From Octopus vulgaris (taxonomy: Eukaryota), in the NCBI GenBank assembly GCA_951406725.2, contig OX597821.1:31434001-31498000 (forward strand): a stretch of DNA of 64,000 bases, written 5' to 3'. This document shows positions 12,326 through 26,310 of this stretch, piece after piece. The first letter of the stretch is position 1. Each line of letters begins with the position of its first letter. The notes under the pieces are model-generated. The model ran no database searches and had not been told where the DNA came from. It was given only the letters and a program-made list of their open reading frames with translations. Made by a program: the position numbers and the translations under genes.

Positions 12326-14213
12326 TATATACATATATATCATTGTTATCAACTTATTAAATTATATGATTTCTTTGAAGTATTCTTTGCGCTAAATGGT
12401 ATAGGGTTGTTCTTTCATTTCCATCGTTGCTTACAGCGTCCAATATGCTTCTTTTTAATTTTTTTAACGCGGACACAGGCATAGTTGTTTCCAATTTCTT
12501 CGGTGAATAAAATATTACTTAGAAAAACTTACAGTTCATAGTCACTTAATTCGTGATACGGGTGAGCTTATTTGTAGCAGAAACATATTTGAAGTTGCAT
12601 GTAATTACAGAAATAAAATTATGCGTGCGTGTGCGAATGTATCTGTTTCTTTGCTTATCGAGCGCACACGCTTATGTAAGCGTGCATGTGTGCATAGATA
12701 CATTTCGCTTGCATTTAGCAGCACCTAGAATACAAATATAAAGAATATATTACCAAGGTATCTTTATCTTTATCTTATCTTTCAATTTCTTCGATGCATA
12801 TATGCATATATTCACAATCACATGCACATACAGCCAAACATACACCCAAATAGAGTATGGATGGTTGAATGTATACATATATCGGTATAATATTAGTCTA
12901 ACTTAATATACGTCGACATTTGCTTCCTCTTATTCCGTGTAAGTTTATGTTTTCTTTTAGATTCTATGAGATACGGTGACAGATTACCAATAATACCGGT
13001 TGCAATATTATCTATCTCAGTATTTTTAGGCATATTGTCGGCCACCCATGTTCATGTTCGTTATTTCAATAGATTTCTCATATTATGCAATACGATAAAA
13101 TATACTCTGTCTTTTACCTATGTGATTTTGCAGTGAATACAATTTTCTTATCGTATCAGTTTAATAAATTGATCCATTGATTTCAAAGTCGTCTTCTTCA
13201 ACTCTCTTTCTCAGCTGAACATTTCATGTACAACATCTGATCGCTAGCGGATACGGAAATGCATTTACGGACATATAACGATAACATTTGTGTTATTTAC
13301 ATGAGATGAAAAGCCAGCTTTTATAGTAAAGTGTAAGGCGGTTCTTTCATTTTCCACTTCTATTCTCTTGGTTAACATTTAATCCCTCTTGTATCTTGCA
13401 ATATATGTGCTTCAAACTATTTACGTTACGCGCATGATAATATTATACGCGTTTATTTAATGATATCAGACGGTGAAAGTTTAAACTTCCTGACATAGAG
13501 TTGCTCAGTATAAATAACACTAATATATTGAATTTGTCAACGGAAGATCAGAAAGTTTAAACCTTGATGCGTCTAACTTGGTTGCATTAAGCAAATCTTT
13601 CACAAAAATATGTAAACTTTGATGTCAATATAGTGGGCATTTTAATATCCTTCCATTTATATAACTAAATCCTCTTTACCTTCTTCAACACAAATAATAG
13701 AATTTCACTTTCATATACAAGTTCCTTACCTTCAAGCAGATTCATTTATCTTCACACACACTCACGAAAATGCACAAACACACGCGATATATAAATGTGC
13801 CAATACATACGCACGGATTGACTCGCGAATATAAACACACATATATGGACGTAAATATCATTGATTTCCGCACATTACAAGTACCTGTAAAGTTATAAAT
13901 GTAAACATATGCACGTACAAACATTAGCATATGTGTTTAAGCCAATGGTATTTATTTCAAAGGCATTATACAGAAAGAAATGCAAATAGACTTTGATGTA
14001 AAGGGAAGTAACCCTGTCGGAAATTGAAATTCAATATTATCATAAGAAACGCCATTTTTGTTCATTCCATATAGGTCTATGGCTTTGAGTGTACGTCAAT
14101 TAAACTGTTGCTTTTGTGTGTGTGTGGTTTCAACGTATATGCACGAACAAGTGGTGAATTTTAGAGAATAATTTGTAATTATTCGCTACTGTTGCGGACA
14201 ATGTATATATATA

Positions 14214-14607
14214 TATATTATATTGAGGGTACTACTATTCGTAGATACCAACACGCTAAGAGGGACCAATGCGGTCAAAACTACTAAAAATAAACTAAAT
14301 TTTACCGAATGCAAAACTTCAAAACACATCATTTTAAAAAAGAATTCAGTTACATATCACATGTGATTTCGCATTTAATGCAGAATATGCATTTCATGTT
14401 CATCAGTGCAACAAATGATGAACATGAAATGCATATTCTGCATTAAATGCGAAATCACATGTGATATGTAACTGAATTCTTTTTTAAAATGATGTGTTTT
14501 GAAGTTTTGCATTCGGTAAAATTTAGTTTATTTTTAGTAGTTTTGACCGCATTGGTCCCTCTTAGCGTGTTGGTATCTACGAATAGTAGTACCCTCAATA
14601 TAATATA
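14214..14607. repeat. Perfect inverted repeat: 192-bp arms and 10-bp spacer
   Basis: 14214-14405 is the exact reverse complement of 14416-14607 (checked block by block). Spacer is GTGCAACAAA. Confidence 0.98.
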
Positions 14608-14708
14608 AATGAATATTTTCAAAGAGGAAGAATTTACGGATTTTTTCTCTTACGAGGTTTTTCACGCTGACTACTGATAATTTCTTTTAAAGATTTTATC
14701 CTCAATTG

Positions 14709-14759
<51 letters not shown>

Positions 14760-14890
14760 TTTGCAGGAAACATTTTGAATGTGCAAATAAAGCTACTCTA
14801 CCATTATGTTGGAAACTGTCTAATTGTACTAACTGGTGAAAGAGTTTTTTTGGGGGGTGGTTTCATCAAGCTCTACCGATGTATTCTACG

Positions 14891-14922
14891 ATAATAATAA
14901 TAATAATAATTATAATAATAAC

Positions 14923-14995
<73 letters not shown>
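14891..14995. repeat. (AAT)n microsatellite
   Basis: Directly visible. Confidence 0.98.
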
Positions 14996-14999
14996 GTGA

Positions 15000-15720
15000 A
15001 GACAAAGACCGCGCTTCGATTGTAAGATATTTTATTAGTTGAACGATATTTCAACAGTGCGTTTGTCTTTGTCAATTTCAAAATAAGAAAAGATGAAAAT
15101 TCAAAATTACTGGCAAGCGAATTTTATCAAAATACTAAACGATAATGAAAAGGTCGCTGATCTTTGGCGATTTATAGCAGTTCATATAAGCAACCACTCC
15201 ACACTTAGTGCAACTGAAAGGAAAAAGAATCATCCAACATGGAAGAAGGAAATTGAGAATGATATAAGAAGACTACGAGGAAAGTTACCACTGCTCCGTG
15301 AAATGTAGAAAGACTCCAGCATCAAGGAGACAAAAATATAAGAGTTAGTGCGACTATTCATCATGAGAAAGACACACTGAAGCAACTCATTCAAAGCCAT
15401 AGAGTTAAAAATTAGTCAAAATGTCCTACTATGAAATGAACCTAAAAAGGGTAGCCCTGCTATAATTTAAGTCAAGGAATACTAGTGTAAGTTTTCTTGG
15501 AGACAAAATACTGAAACACGCATCAACTAGATAAACTGAATCACATTGGACATTGAAAACAAGGTCCAACATTTTGCCGTGCTGGGGAAACAAGACTAAT
15601 AACGAAAGGACGTGAGGGATGACTGCAATTTCTAGCGTCTGCGAAAATTGTCCAGCTTCTATAATAAATCTACACGGTCGTAAAACACCAGCACTTACGC
15701 TTTATCAAATGTTTGAAGGG
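15000..15720 (+). mobile_element. Highly degenerate R4/Dong-like non-LTR retrotransposon fragment (pre-RT region)
   Basis: The ORF segment HPTWKKEIENDIRRLRGKL resembles the PxWKxRLExxIxxLR motif of R4/Dong ORFs. It lies directly beside an (AAT)n tract. Confidence 0.45.
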
Positions 15721-16510
15721 ATAAACCCTTGATCACTTCATGACACTGGCGTCATTAGCAAGAAGTTATAACGAAAAATATATCACAGCATTTGAGATAT
15801 AGATTTATACAATGAAGAACTCTCACTTCAACAGTTCTTGAGGCCTGAAATAATATTGTCTCTCCACATAGGGAACACTCGAAATGTTCAATGTTTTTAT
15901 GAAAATGTTCTACAATAGCATATTCAAATATTTTCTTAGATAAAGGTTCATTGTAAATTGGAAATGGCAAGTACACAGGACCATGTAATGAGAATTATAG
16001 AATACGAAAGACAATTACCTAACTTCTTCGTCTTAGCTTTCGGTTCTTTCATATACAGTTTGTTTCAATGAAAAAAGTGAAAGCTTATACAATTAGTTTT
16101 AACATAGTCTTTGTATAGATCCAAGGTACAAGAGCTTAATCAAAATGGACTGGTCAAATTTTAAATGCCAATGATCGCAGTTCTATTCGGTCAGTTTAAC
16201 TGGTCAAAACGTCTGAAACAGCTCAACATCAACACCATTATATGTGGAATCATAAATTTATATACATGCAGTGTTGGTGCATGAAAAAGCTAAGTAAAAT
16301 GCGTGTTATGTACAATGTTTTTTTTTCTAGCGCTTCCTCGGAAAAAAAGAAACAAAACACAATAAATACCATGTTTCTACTTCATACATTGTTAGAAAAA
16401 CCAACAACAGTCATTTTCTATGACTTCCACAGTTAATATATTTTTCATTTCTCCTATTTTACATTCATTTCATAAATGTTCTTCGTAAATTTCTATTTTA
16501 CACATGTTCT

Positions 16511-16542
<32 letters not shown>

Positions 16543-16790
16543 CCTCTGCGAGCCTCGGTTTCTAACTACACATTCATTTATTTTGCTATTTCTACTTAAG
16601 ATATTTAAAACGATCTATCTTTATTTCAGCTTACCACTCCCTCCACCTCATAGAATAAATGGTGCATATGTTATTCTCTGATATATCCATCTCAGTCGTG
16701 CAAAACTTTGCCTAATGTAATGCACCTTACCTTCCTTGCTATTTATTCTAAATTGTCTCTGTATGTATGTGCTATCAAATAAGTGTTTAG

Positions 16791-16825
<35 letters not shown>

Positions 16826-17518
16826 TGAATGTATGTTTGTATTTAATATGTACGTATACATATGCACCTGTGCCTGTGTGCAATATATGTATGTTTGAAA
16901 CCTTGTTTCGGAAGTGAGACATGTCAGAGAGCGGCCATCTTGCGTTAGTAATAAACGTGTATCTTCGAAATACCATGACCTAAATGTATTGGTTTTTGAC
17001 ATTTTTTATCATGAAAATTACTGAACCTAAAATACCAATATCCGATTCCATTCCTTCATACCTTAAATTTCTCGAATGTATCTGACAAGAATTTACACAC
17101 TATTCCTGCAATAAACATGTCTCCGAAATACAGTTTGTAAGCTTGGCACTACCAAACGCAACGATGATTTTCTGTTATAAGCTTAGAATTACGTCGATAT
17201 TGTCGTAGTAATATTGCTTATGAATGTTTCTTCACACACCGGAGACCTTTGCTTGTATAACATTTTATTCATGTTTATTTAACACATGTAAACTTCAAGT
17301 AAAGGTAATTGCATCCTCTCTACAAATGGGATATGTGGTACATTTAGGTGTAATGGTGATGGATGACATATTGAGTTAAAATAAATATGAAAATATTCTC
17401 TTTACGACGAAGCAGGTAAAGAATGTACACGTAAAATGCATCCGTTAACAGAACAAGAAGGGTACTGACACGCATATATATGTATATCTATGGCAATGTT
17501 AATATATATATATATATA

Positions 17519-17680
17519 AGCACAGGGGTGACTGAGTTGGAAGAAGCTTGCTTCACAACCACATGGTTCCAGGTTCAGTCCTATTGCGTGGCAACCTGGA
17601 TAAATGTGTTCTACCATCGCCTCGGGCCGACCACAGCCTTGTGAGTAGATTTGGTAGACAGAAAATGAAAGAAGCGGATG
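17519..17680 (+). mobile_element. SINE family B, 5' half
   Basis: AGCTTGCTTCACAACCACATGGTTCCAGGTTCAGTCC...GCCTTGTGAGTAGATTTGGTAGAC. Confidence 0.85.
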
Positions 17681-17693
17681 GTATATATATATA

Positions 17694-17850
17694 TATCATC
17701 ATCATCATTTAACGTCCGCTTTCTATGCTAGCATGGGTTGGACGATTTGACTGAGGACTGGCGAACCAGATGGCTGCACCAGGCTCCAATCTTGATCTGG
17801 CAGAGATTCTACACCATCCTCAAATGGTGTGTTTACGTGCCACCTGCGTT
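17694..17850 (-). mobile_element. 3' end of a retroposon with a (GAT)n tail (RTE-type LINE or SINE tail)
   Basis: The minus strand ends ...CCAACCCATGCTAGCATAGAAAGCGGACGTTAAATGATGATGATG. Confidence 0.65.
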
Positions 17851-17865
17851 GAAAAAAACTCGAGT

Positions 17866-17946
<81 letters not shown>

Positions 17947-18786
17947 TGTGTGTGTATGTATGTATATGTATACATATATGATATGTATACTCATCCAACG
18001 AACTACAAATCCCTTAAATTACTGGCGGATATTAGAAACCCTCATGCAACTATTATCTGAATATAATATATTGATAAATTGAGGATGTCTGTAATGATAA
18101 GGCATTGAGCAGTAATTAATTCCGTAATGGATTAGGCTGAAATCCTCCTGCTCAGTTTCAACACTGCAAATTATCCAATTATTGGTCTTCAAGTAACATT
18201 TGTTATATTCATTTCAACAGACTAGAGTTACCCCCAACTCCTTTTCTGTGCATCCCTGTACGTATAAATTATATTTTGCAATAAAAATGTAATCAGTGTC
18301 AAGAGGTCAGCAACTACCCAGAGTAAACCAAGGCCCAAGTAATTCGTGAGACAGAGCGAAGCACACGTCTTTGCATGTACCTATATACGGGTTACTACTT
18401 CACTCAATATGTTGCATTGGGAAAATATTTATATAATTGATTTCTTTCTGGCTGACCTGGAAATAGCAAATGAAGAGACACCTAGAAATATATCTACCAT
18501 ATATACTTATGCAGTGCTTTTACAAATGCGACTTTCTGGATATAAACAGGGTGAAATATCGCATTACATAAAGTAAATTCCAATCTCATTGCTTTTTCAG
18601 TTGCCCATGCACTTAGTCCTCTTTCCACATGTAGGGTTTAGCGGCCCTAATTGGAATTTACTCCCCACCCATTTTGAAAGTTGTAAAGTAAAGAATGAAC
18701 AATTAACCTTTATATGTTATACATGAAAGTAAAGAATAAAGCATTCATTAGCGATGGGACTGCAGGTTATATGAAATTTATAATAT

Positions 18787-19558
18787 TGTTACGAACGAAA
18801 AAGTATATTCTAATAACTTCTCATTCGTACGAAGCAAATTAGTCCATCCCTCTGGTTTTGGAAGCGAAGACGAGCAGAAAATTATTCTTTATGGTCGTGA
18901 CTATTTAAAGCTTAGGTGTTATGATTTTGGCGCACTTATACATGCGAGCGAAGTATAAAGATTATTGCCGACGTGGCGAGTTAGTTCATGCTGAAAGTCG
19001 GCGTGAGCGGGTTTTTATGTAGTAGACGGTGCCGGGCAAAACTCGTGTCGAACAGTTGATAGTATTTGGTGTCGAGTGTGAAGTTGGTTTCGGGGGTTAA
19101 TGTGAACAGTAGAAAGTTGTGAACTGGCTGCCGAAATAGTGAACTTAGCAACGTAAAGAAGTCGGAAGGATACCGTGAATTCGGAAGGAACAGGAGTCCA
19201 CTCGGAACAAAACAGGGATAAAAGAAGATAGAATATAAACCTTTGGCCCGGTGAATAAAAAAAGATATCACTAAAAGTAGTCTACATATTTCAGTGGTAA
19301 ATGAAGGAACACTCTAAAATATTTCTAATGAACTGTTTATTTATTCCACAAATGCTATTAGCCTCGTAATTAAAGTTCTTGCATTTTGGTTATACTCACC
19401 GGTTTGTTTGTTATTTTCAACTCTCCCGACATTTTTGACGACTGCTTCTTGCACTCTAAGCAAGTTGGTTTGCTGATCTCGCCTACGCGATCTTCTGAGC
19501 TATCAGACACATACTGTTATTTTGTAAGTGGTTTTGGGAGGCCGCATGCAACGTAACA
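18787..19558 (+). mobile_element. Probable solo LTR (772 bp)
   Basis: Inverted termini TGTTACG...CGTAACA, internal TATAAA (18954) and AATAAA (19254), higher GC than the flanks, and an imperfect 4-bp flank duplication ATAT/ATAA. Confidence 0.6.
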
Positions 19559-20634
19559 ATAACAATATTGAAATAAATTGCCAAATATCGTTAATGAAAA
19601 ATCCAAAATATATATTATACACTAGTTCTCATGTTTAACAGATATTGCTATGATTTTAAGTGCCCATGTCTAAAATGTTAAGCCATTTCTGATGAAGAAC
19701 ACGTTGGTAAATTTTTTATCAACCTTTCAGTATCGTATTTTGCTAATCAATATTTGGAATTCATTAAATAACAATTTATTTGCTTTACTTTTTATTCTTA
19801 ACATGTTTCTTGGTGTAAGGTGTACGTATCTGTTTTAATTCTTGGGTTGGGTATCTCTTGACGATATTATATACTTACCGCACAAATCCTCTGGAACAAA
19901 CTGTGGTAATTATTTAATATATTTTAAAATTTCATTTCGTATTCAGAATGTAATTACTAAATTTCAAACTTCTTGTTTACACTTGCTAATTTACTTAAAA
20001 TGCATTTGGGAATATCACTATTATTTGATTCATGAACTGTTATATTATTGATTTTTCATCCTTTCTTTGCGTTTAATGCAGAAGTGTTAAACTGTTATAT
20101 CTACTACATTCCACTACGTTTTTCTCCTCTGATCGTGTTTGTGTGTGCTTTGTATTCAGTGAAAGGTATTGATTCCTATGCATTTTAATGTGAATGTTGG
20201 CCTTCAACCACGATATTCTTATTCCTCATATAAAGTATTTAGCCCCTGAATCGACATGGAAGATTTCATCGATGTATTTACGCAGTTCTCTAGATTTTAT
20301 GATACGATATGTTTAATTAAAATTTTTAATGGTACTTAAACCGTTTACCTAGCAAAATAAAGTCATGGGTATCCGGAATATTCGGTTCATTGACTACTCA
20401 CAACATTTCTGCCGTTGTCTACGCTGTTTTGTTTGTTAGCTAAAGGTAATAACATAAAGAGAATGAATATCACTGGAGTTAAAAATTGGAAATCTGTTGA
20501 TAGCAAGTTAAAGTTTTGTAGATTTTGGCAAGATGTCTATTACTTTCGTATTAGACCTGAATATTGATTCTTTTCATCTCCCCATTGAACTATAGAGACA
20601 TTAAATTTGGCATATTGATATTAAAATTAACATC

Positions 20635-20750
20635 CCCACTGCGTGGCACTTTGGGCAAGTATCTTCTACTATAGCTTCGGGCCGATCAAAGCCTAGTGAG
20701 TGGATTTGGTAGACGGAAACCGAAAGAAGCCCGTCTTATATATGTATGTG

Positions 20751-20830
<80 letters not shown>

Positions 20831-21079
20831 TGTGTGTGTGTGCGTGTGCGTATGTGTGTGTATATGTTTGTGTGTCTGTGTTTGTCCCCCCAACATCGCT
20901 TGACAACCGATGCTGGTGTGTTTAAGTCCCCGTAACTTAGCGCTTCAGCAAAATAGACCGATAGAATAAGTGATAGGCTTAGAAAGAAAAAGTCCTGGGG
21001 TCGATTGTCTCGACTAAAAAGGCGGTGCTCCTGCATGGCCGCAGTCAAATGACTGAAACAAGTAAAAGAGTAAAAGAGT
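20635..21079 (+). mobile_element. SINE family B, 5'-truncated, with expanded internal (TG)n
   Basis: Collinear with 11460-11812. Confidence 0.92.
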
Positions 21080-21789
21080 ATCCCACATGAATCCCTTTCC
21101 TCGATGATTATATAAATTCTAAAAAAAGAAGGCTTGAGTACTCAACATGTTTCATTTATCGTATTTTCCGTGGTCCCATATTTTTACAATACTGATGCAT
21201 TGATGCATTTAGTATTCTAAAACGTTTGCCTTCTTTTCATTACAGTCAACTATTCTCTGTTAATCTTCTTCCAGTTGAAGTTTCATTGATTTGTACTTTT
21301 CGGTAAATTTCTTATTGAATAAATCGAAATCGGAGTTGAATTGTTCTAGTTAAAGATTTATACATATTTCACTTACCAAGAGGAATGGTTGCGAATATGC
21401 CAGATATTGTGTGGCAAGTTCCTTTATTTTCTAGTTTTTTTCCTGTTTATTATAATTTGTTCTGTGTTCCTTCGGGCCTTATATTCCCGTGTAAATATAT
21501 TTGAGGAAATACCAAGATTCCTTTGTAACTACTTCTGTTGCTTTGTATATTAAGCAACATATCCTGGAGAAATTGAGCGACCATTATGCATTGAATTGTC
21601 TAAAGTTCCCAACTTTGCTTTTTAGCTATCGCTGTTTCCTCATTCAATATTCATGTCGATATATTTAAAATGTTTCTCTTCATAAAATTTGTACCATTGC
21701 GAAAGATAGAATATACTTGTAATTCAATGGAATAGACTCGTTAAACATGATAGCGACTCTGATCCAACATGAGGATTACACTAATGAGT

Positions 21790-22235
21790 GATGAGTGCAT
21801 GGAATCCGCCAACCCTTTCTCAAAAATCGGTGGTCAAAATTTCGTCTGTCTTTACCCTCTGAGATCATATGCTCCTAAGGTCGACTCTACCTTTCATCCT
21901 TCGGGGTCAACATAACACATAACATGAAGCAGTTGTGGTCGATATGATCGATTTATGGCCCCTTTCGGAATTGTTGGTCTTCTGTCGACATTAGAAACAG
22001 ATATCTAGTTCTGTCACAAGGTAGCGAGCTAACAAAATGCTTAGCACGCCGGATAAATTGCTTAGCGACATTTTGCCTCTCTTTACGTTGTACGTTCAAA
22101 TTCCACGAAGGTGACATTTGCCGTTTATCATTTAGGGGTCGATAGAATAAATATAGTTGAAGACTGGTGTCTATGACAGTGACGTACCACCCATCCCCAA
22201 CATTGCTGTCTTTGTGGCAAAATTTGATATCAATA
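21790..22235 (+). mobile_element. Two degenerate family C SINEs
   Basis: GGTCGACTCTACCTTTCATCCTTCGGGGTC (~21880) and TTAGCACGCCGG...GTTCAAATTCC...GGGGTCGATA (22040-22145). Confidence 0.7.
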
Positions 22236-23479
22236 TATTATTGTACAGTTGTTCCTTATTATCGTGGTTCATATTCTGAATGTTGGAAAATGTGACTTGT
22301 GGTTCTTACTCCTCGGCATTATATTCTATACGAGAAATACTTCAGAAATACGGTTTACAATAAACAGAAATCTGTTTCTGAATTTTGTCGTAGGCGCGTG
22401 ATTTAGATGTAGTGAGCAGTATAAAATGTGCATGAACTACAGATCCCACCCCACAGTCAACATATGTCTATGCATATATCATTTTTCAACTTTATTTTCG
22501 GAATTATATTAGCATCATATGTGACGAGAACCAACGAAATTTATAGTAGGTATATGCAATATATGTACTTTGTATTCCCTTCCTATAAGTACTAAACCGA
22601 AATTCATTTCTCGTCTTACACGCAAAGCTTAGTTTTGATATACTTTGTATGGGAGATTTGAAAGGAATTGCTATCGGTATATTTTCGTCTGTTTGTTTAC
22701 AGGGCATATCCGAATGTAAGTTAATATAAGAATTTGTTATAAATTATTTCTGCGAGAAAAATATCGATATATTTCAATATCGGCACATAAATATCCTTCA
22801 GCATATTCCTGATTGTGGAATGGTTTCGTTGTTATTTAGTTAGCATTAGTGGTTATCCTCAAGACAGACCGGGTAATGTTCTTAAGATATATATGAAACC
22901 AATATTACGGTAATGTGATTAATATTATTATTATCTGTATCACGATTATCATCGTCATCATATTCATAAAAGAATCGTAAGAGCACTGGGAAAATACTGT
23001 ACAGCATTTGTTCCAACTCTTGTCATTCTGGTTTCGAATCCCACTGAGGTCACCTTTGTCTTTCATCCTCCAGCGGGAGATAAAGTAAAGTACCAGTTAA
23101 GTACTGAGTTAGAGGGTTTCGATTAATCCCTGCCACACCAAATTGGGACTACTGTTCAGTACATATACATACTACTGCTGGACTGTGTACTGCTTATATT
23201 GGTCGGGATCTTGTTTGTTCCAGATTTCTAAGTTGGCAAATACCGGAACAATGTGACGAGGAGTGTGGGTGGAAAGAATCCCTCGAAATGAAGCAATCAG
23301 ATATGGCTAACGCTGATATCGCCTCCAACATATATTCCTTGCTGACCTATATGCCTTGTCACAGTTAACGCTTTGTACTGAAGTGGGGTGTTCTGATTGC
23401 TAGTGATAGCTTTTTCCATCAACTGTTGCAAAACTATTCGCATACATGGGCTGTGGATGTGATATCCTCAACGATTCCT

Positions 23480-23555
23480 TGACAGTGAGTAGGAAACTGA
23501 AGGGAGTCCGTTGTATGTGTGTATATAGAGACAGAAACGTGTGCGTGATGTGTGA

Positions 23556-23588
<33 letters not shown>

Positions 23589-23780
23589 AGTCTCGTTGTA
23601 TCCACCACAACTTGACACACGGCGTTAGTGTGATTACGTTTCTTCAACGTTATGATTCGTAAAAATATACAAATCCAATAATTACCAGGTTTAAACATGT
23701 CAATCCGTTCGAAAAAAATTCGTGAAGGTGGTATTCCATCATGGCCACTCACTAATGACTGAAAGAAATACAGAATAAGA
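23480..23780 (+). mobile_element. Degenerate SINE family B
   Basis: GGAAACTGAAGG...(TG)n...ACTTGACAC...CATGGCCAC...AATGACTGAAA. Confidence 0.6.
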
Positions 23781-24125
23781 ATATAGTATAGATTTACTTT
23801 TAGATTTCCATACTACGAGTCTTAATTCCAACACACTTGAGACACACTGGGATTCCTTTAGGTGTAATAGTAAATGCTGCATTTACCACCCTATTTTTGC
23901 AGTAAATCGTAGGACGATCCAACATGGTTTCGCACGATATGGAGTCACTATTTTCAATTTGAAAATAACGAAGATGACGTAAGTACTATGTGATATGTTA
24001 AAAAAAATTGGCACGAGTATGAAGGAAAGAAAATAGCTTTCTTCTTTCAAATACAGCTGTAAGATAGTAAAAATAGCTAAATCTGTGACGAATTACACAT
24101 TTGAATAAATAAGGGGACACATGTA

Positions 24126-24562
24126 GGATCTTTTCGGTTTGAACGGCAGTTTTTAACATAATTTCTAGGTAACTAAAACATTTTAACCTTCGTATACTGG
24201 AAGAATGTGTTTATAAAACATCTTTTTCTCTTGGCTTTATTGAGAAAATTCTATAGTATGTAGATATTTGTTTTTTTTTTTCTTCAATTTCTGCAATTTC
24301 ATCCAATCAATTACGTGTATTGAGGTAAAAAAAAAACATTCTGTGTCGTATGAATATGTTCCTCGTTTAAGAAACAGATTGGGTTTATTTACATTTGTGA
24401 AGAAAAAAAGATACCCTCCGCCCACCCCTAAACATAACCCTAACCCTAACCCTAACTCCAAAACAGATAAAAATGCAATAGATCGATACTAGGGTCATAA
24501 TTATACGTGACAATTTCATATGACATCGCTAGAAAAAACTGCCGTTCAAACCAAAAAGATCC
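24126..24562. mobile_element. MITE / non-autonomous TIR transposon (Merlin-like signature) with internal (CCCTAA)n
   Basis: TIR GGATCTTTTCGGTTTGAACGGCAGTTTTT, 8-bp flanks CACATGTA/CACGTGTA, and a second copy at 36727-37160. Confidence 0.92.
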
Positions 24563-25397
24563 CACGTGTATTACGAAAGTGAATCGAACTGAATAATCCG
24601 CTACCATTATTTAAAAACTTAATTTAATACTGAGATCTATTCATACAGAAACAACACAGCAAACCCCGAAGTGTCACGATGACATGACGGTAGCCAATTG
24701 TTACGTTAACATTCTTAACAAGCATGCATAAGACATTAAGATAGTGAAAATACTGACTGAGCCACTGCGGGCATAACGTTTATCCACAAAATTAAATAAG
24801 CAAACTTAAAATTTACTGCGCCTTTGCGGCTGAAAAATATTAACTGCTGTATTATTGCAGAAGGCATACTGGCATCTGAAAAAGAGTTTATCCAGGAGCG
24901 ATAATGATATGCTGCAAATTTTAATGTAATGATTAATCATCAACTACTGAACAACGAAAAGAAAATAACTCAAAATTTTACAAGAAGAAATGTATTTTAT
25001 AATCACATGCATTGTTGAGTAAATGATTTTGGCAATATTCTCCGCAACTCTATCATGAGGGCCTTATCTGAGAGCAAGATAGCTCAATTAGAAACAAATA
25101 CATTGAACATGTCACGAATAATTCACACACATTTAAAAGATAGAATTGTATAAAACAGGAATATTCCCCCAAAATAATAATAGAAAGTCTCCTTGTGTAA
25201 TTCCTGAGGCTAACATATTTCAGTAACTGCCAAACTAGAATGAACGCGGATAAATTTGCTATGAGGACATTATAAATCTTCATTTGAAATGCGGTTGCCA
25301 GCTGCAGAGGAGGAACAAGTACGAAGCTACAAACCTAAACTAGTTTACGAGATAAATAATTGCAAGATTCAAAAGAAGAAATTATTCGTAAAAATAT

Positions 25398-25800
25398 AGG
25401 CGCACGAGTAGCTGTGTGGTAAGTAGCTTGCTTACCAAGCACATTGTTCCGGGTTCATTCCCACTGCGTGGCACCTTGGGCAAGTGTCTTCTACTATAGC
25501 CTCGGGCCGACCAAAGCCTTGTGAGTAGATTTGGTAGACGGAAACTGAAAGAAGCCCGTTGTATATATATATATGTATATATGTATATGTCTCTTTGTGT
25601 ATCTGAGTTTGTCCCCCAACATCGCTTGACAACCGATGCTGGTGTGTTTGCGTCCCCGTACCTTAGTGGCTGTGCAAAATAGACTAATAGAAGAAGTGTT
25701 AGGCTTACAAAGAATAAGTCCGGGGATCGATTTGCTCGGCTAAAGGCGGTGCTCCAGCATGGCCGCAGTCAAATGACTGAAACGAGTAAATGAGATAAGA
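25398..25800 (+). mobile_element. SINE family B, full length
   Basis: Collinear with 11401-11812. Confidence 0.93.
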
Positions 25801-25911
25801 TAAATAGAGAAATAAATGTGAATTACGCCACACAAAACCATGCAATTAGTAAATTGGAGAGAAAAATATAGACACGAACAGGAACGTGATGTTCGTATAT
25901 ACAATAAATGA

Positions 25912-26310
25912 AGGCGGTGAACGTTCTGAGTTCAAATTCCGCCGAGGTCTACTTTGCCTTTCATCCTTTCGGGGTCGATAAATTAAGTACCAGTTACGCA
26001 CGGGGGTCGATGTAATCGACTTAATACCTATGTCTGTCCTTGTTTGTCCACTCTATGTTTAGCCCCTTGGGGGTAGTAAACAAATAGGTATTTCGTCTGC
26101 CCTTACGTTCTGAGTTCAAATTCCGCCGTGGTCGGCTTTGCCTTTCATCCTTTCGGGGTCGATAAATTAAATACCAGTTACGCACTGGAGTCGATATAAT
26201 CGACTTAATGCCTTTGTCTGTACTTGTTTGTCCCCTCTATGTTTAGCCCCTTCTGGGCAATAAAAAAATAAGAATAGTTAGCACGCCGGGCGAAATAGTT
26301 AGTGGTGTTA
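25912..26310 (+). mobile_element. Family C SINE head-to-tail multimer (184-bp period)
   Basis: CGTTCTGAGTTCAAATTCCGCCG at 25922 and 26106; a further head fragment GTTAGCACGCCGGGCGAAAT follows the second tail. Confidence 0.9.

Noticed and set aside
25912-26310. CRISPR-like or prokaryotic repeat system
   Set aside because: The repeats are tandem SINE units without unique spacers, there are no cas genes, and the context is eukaryotic.
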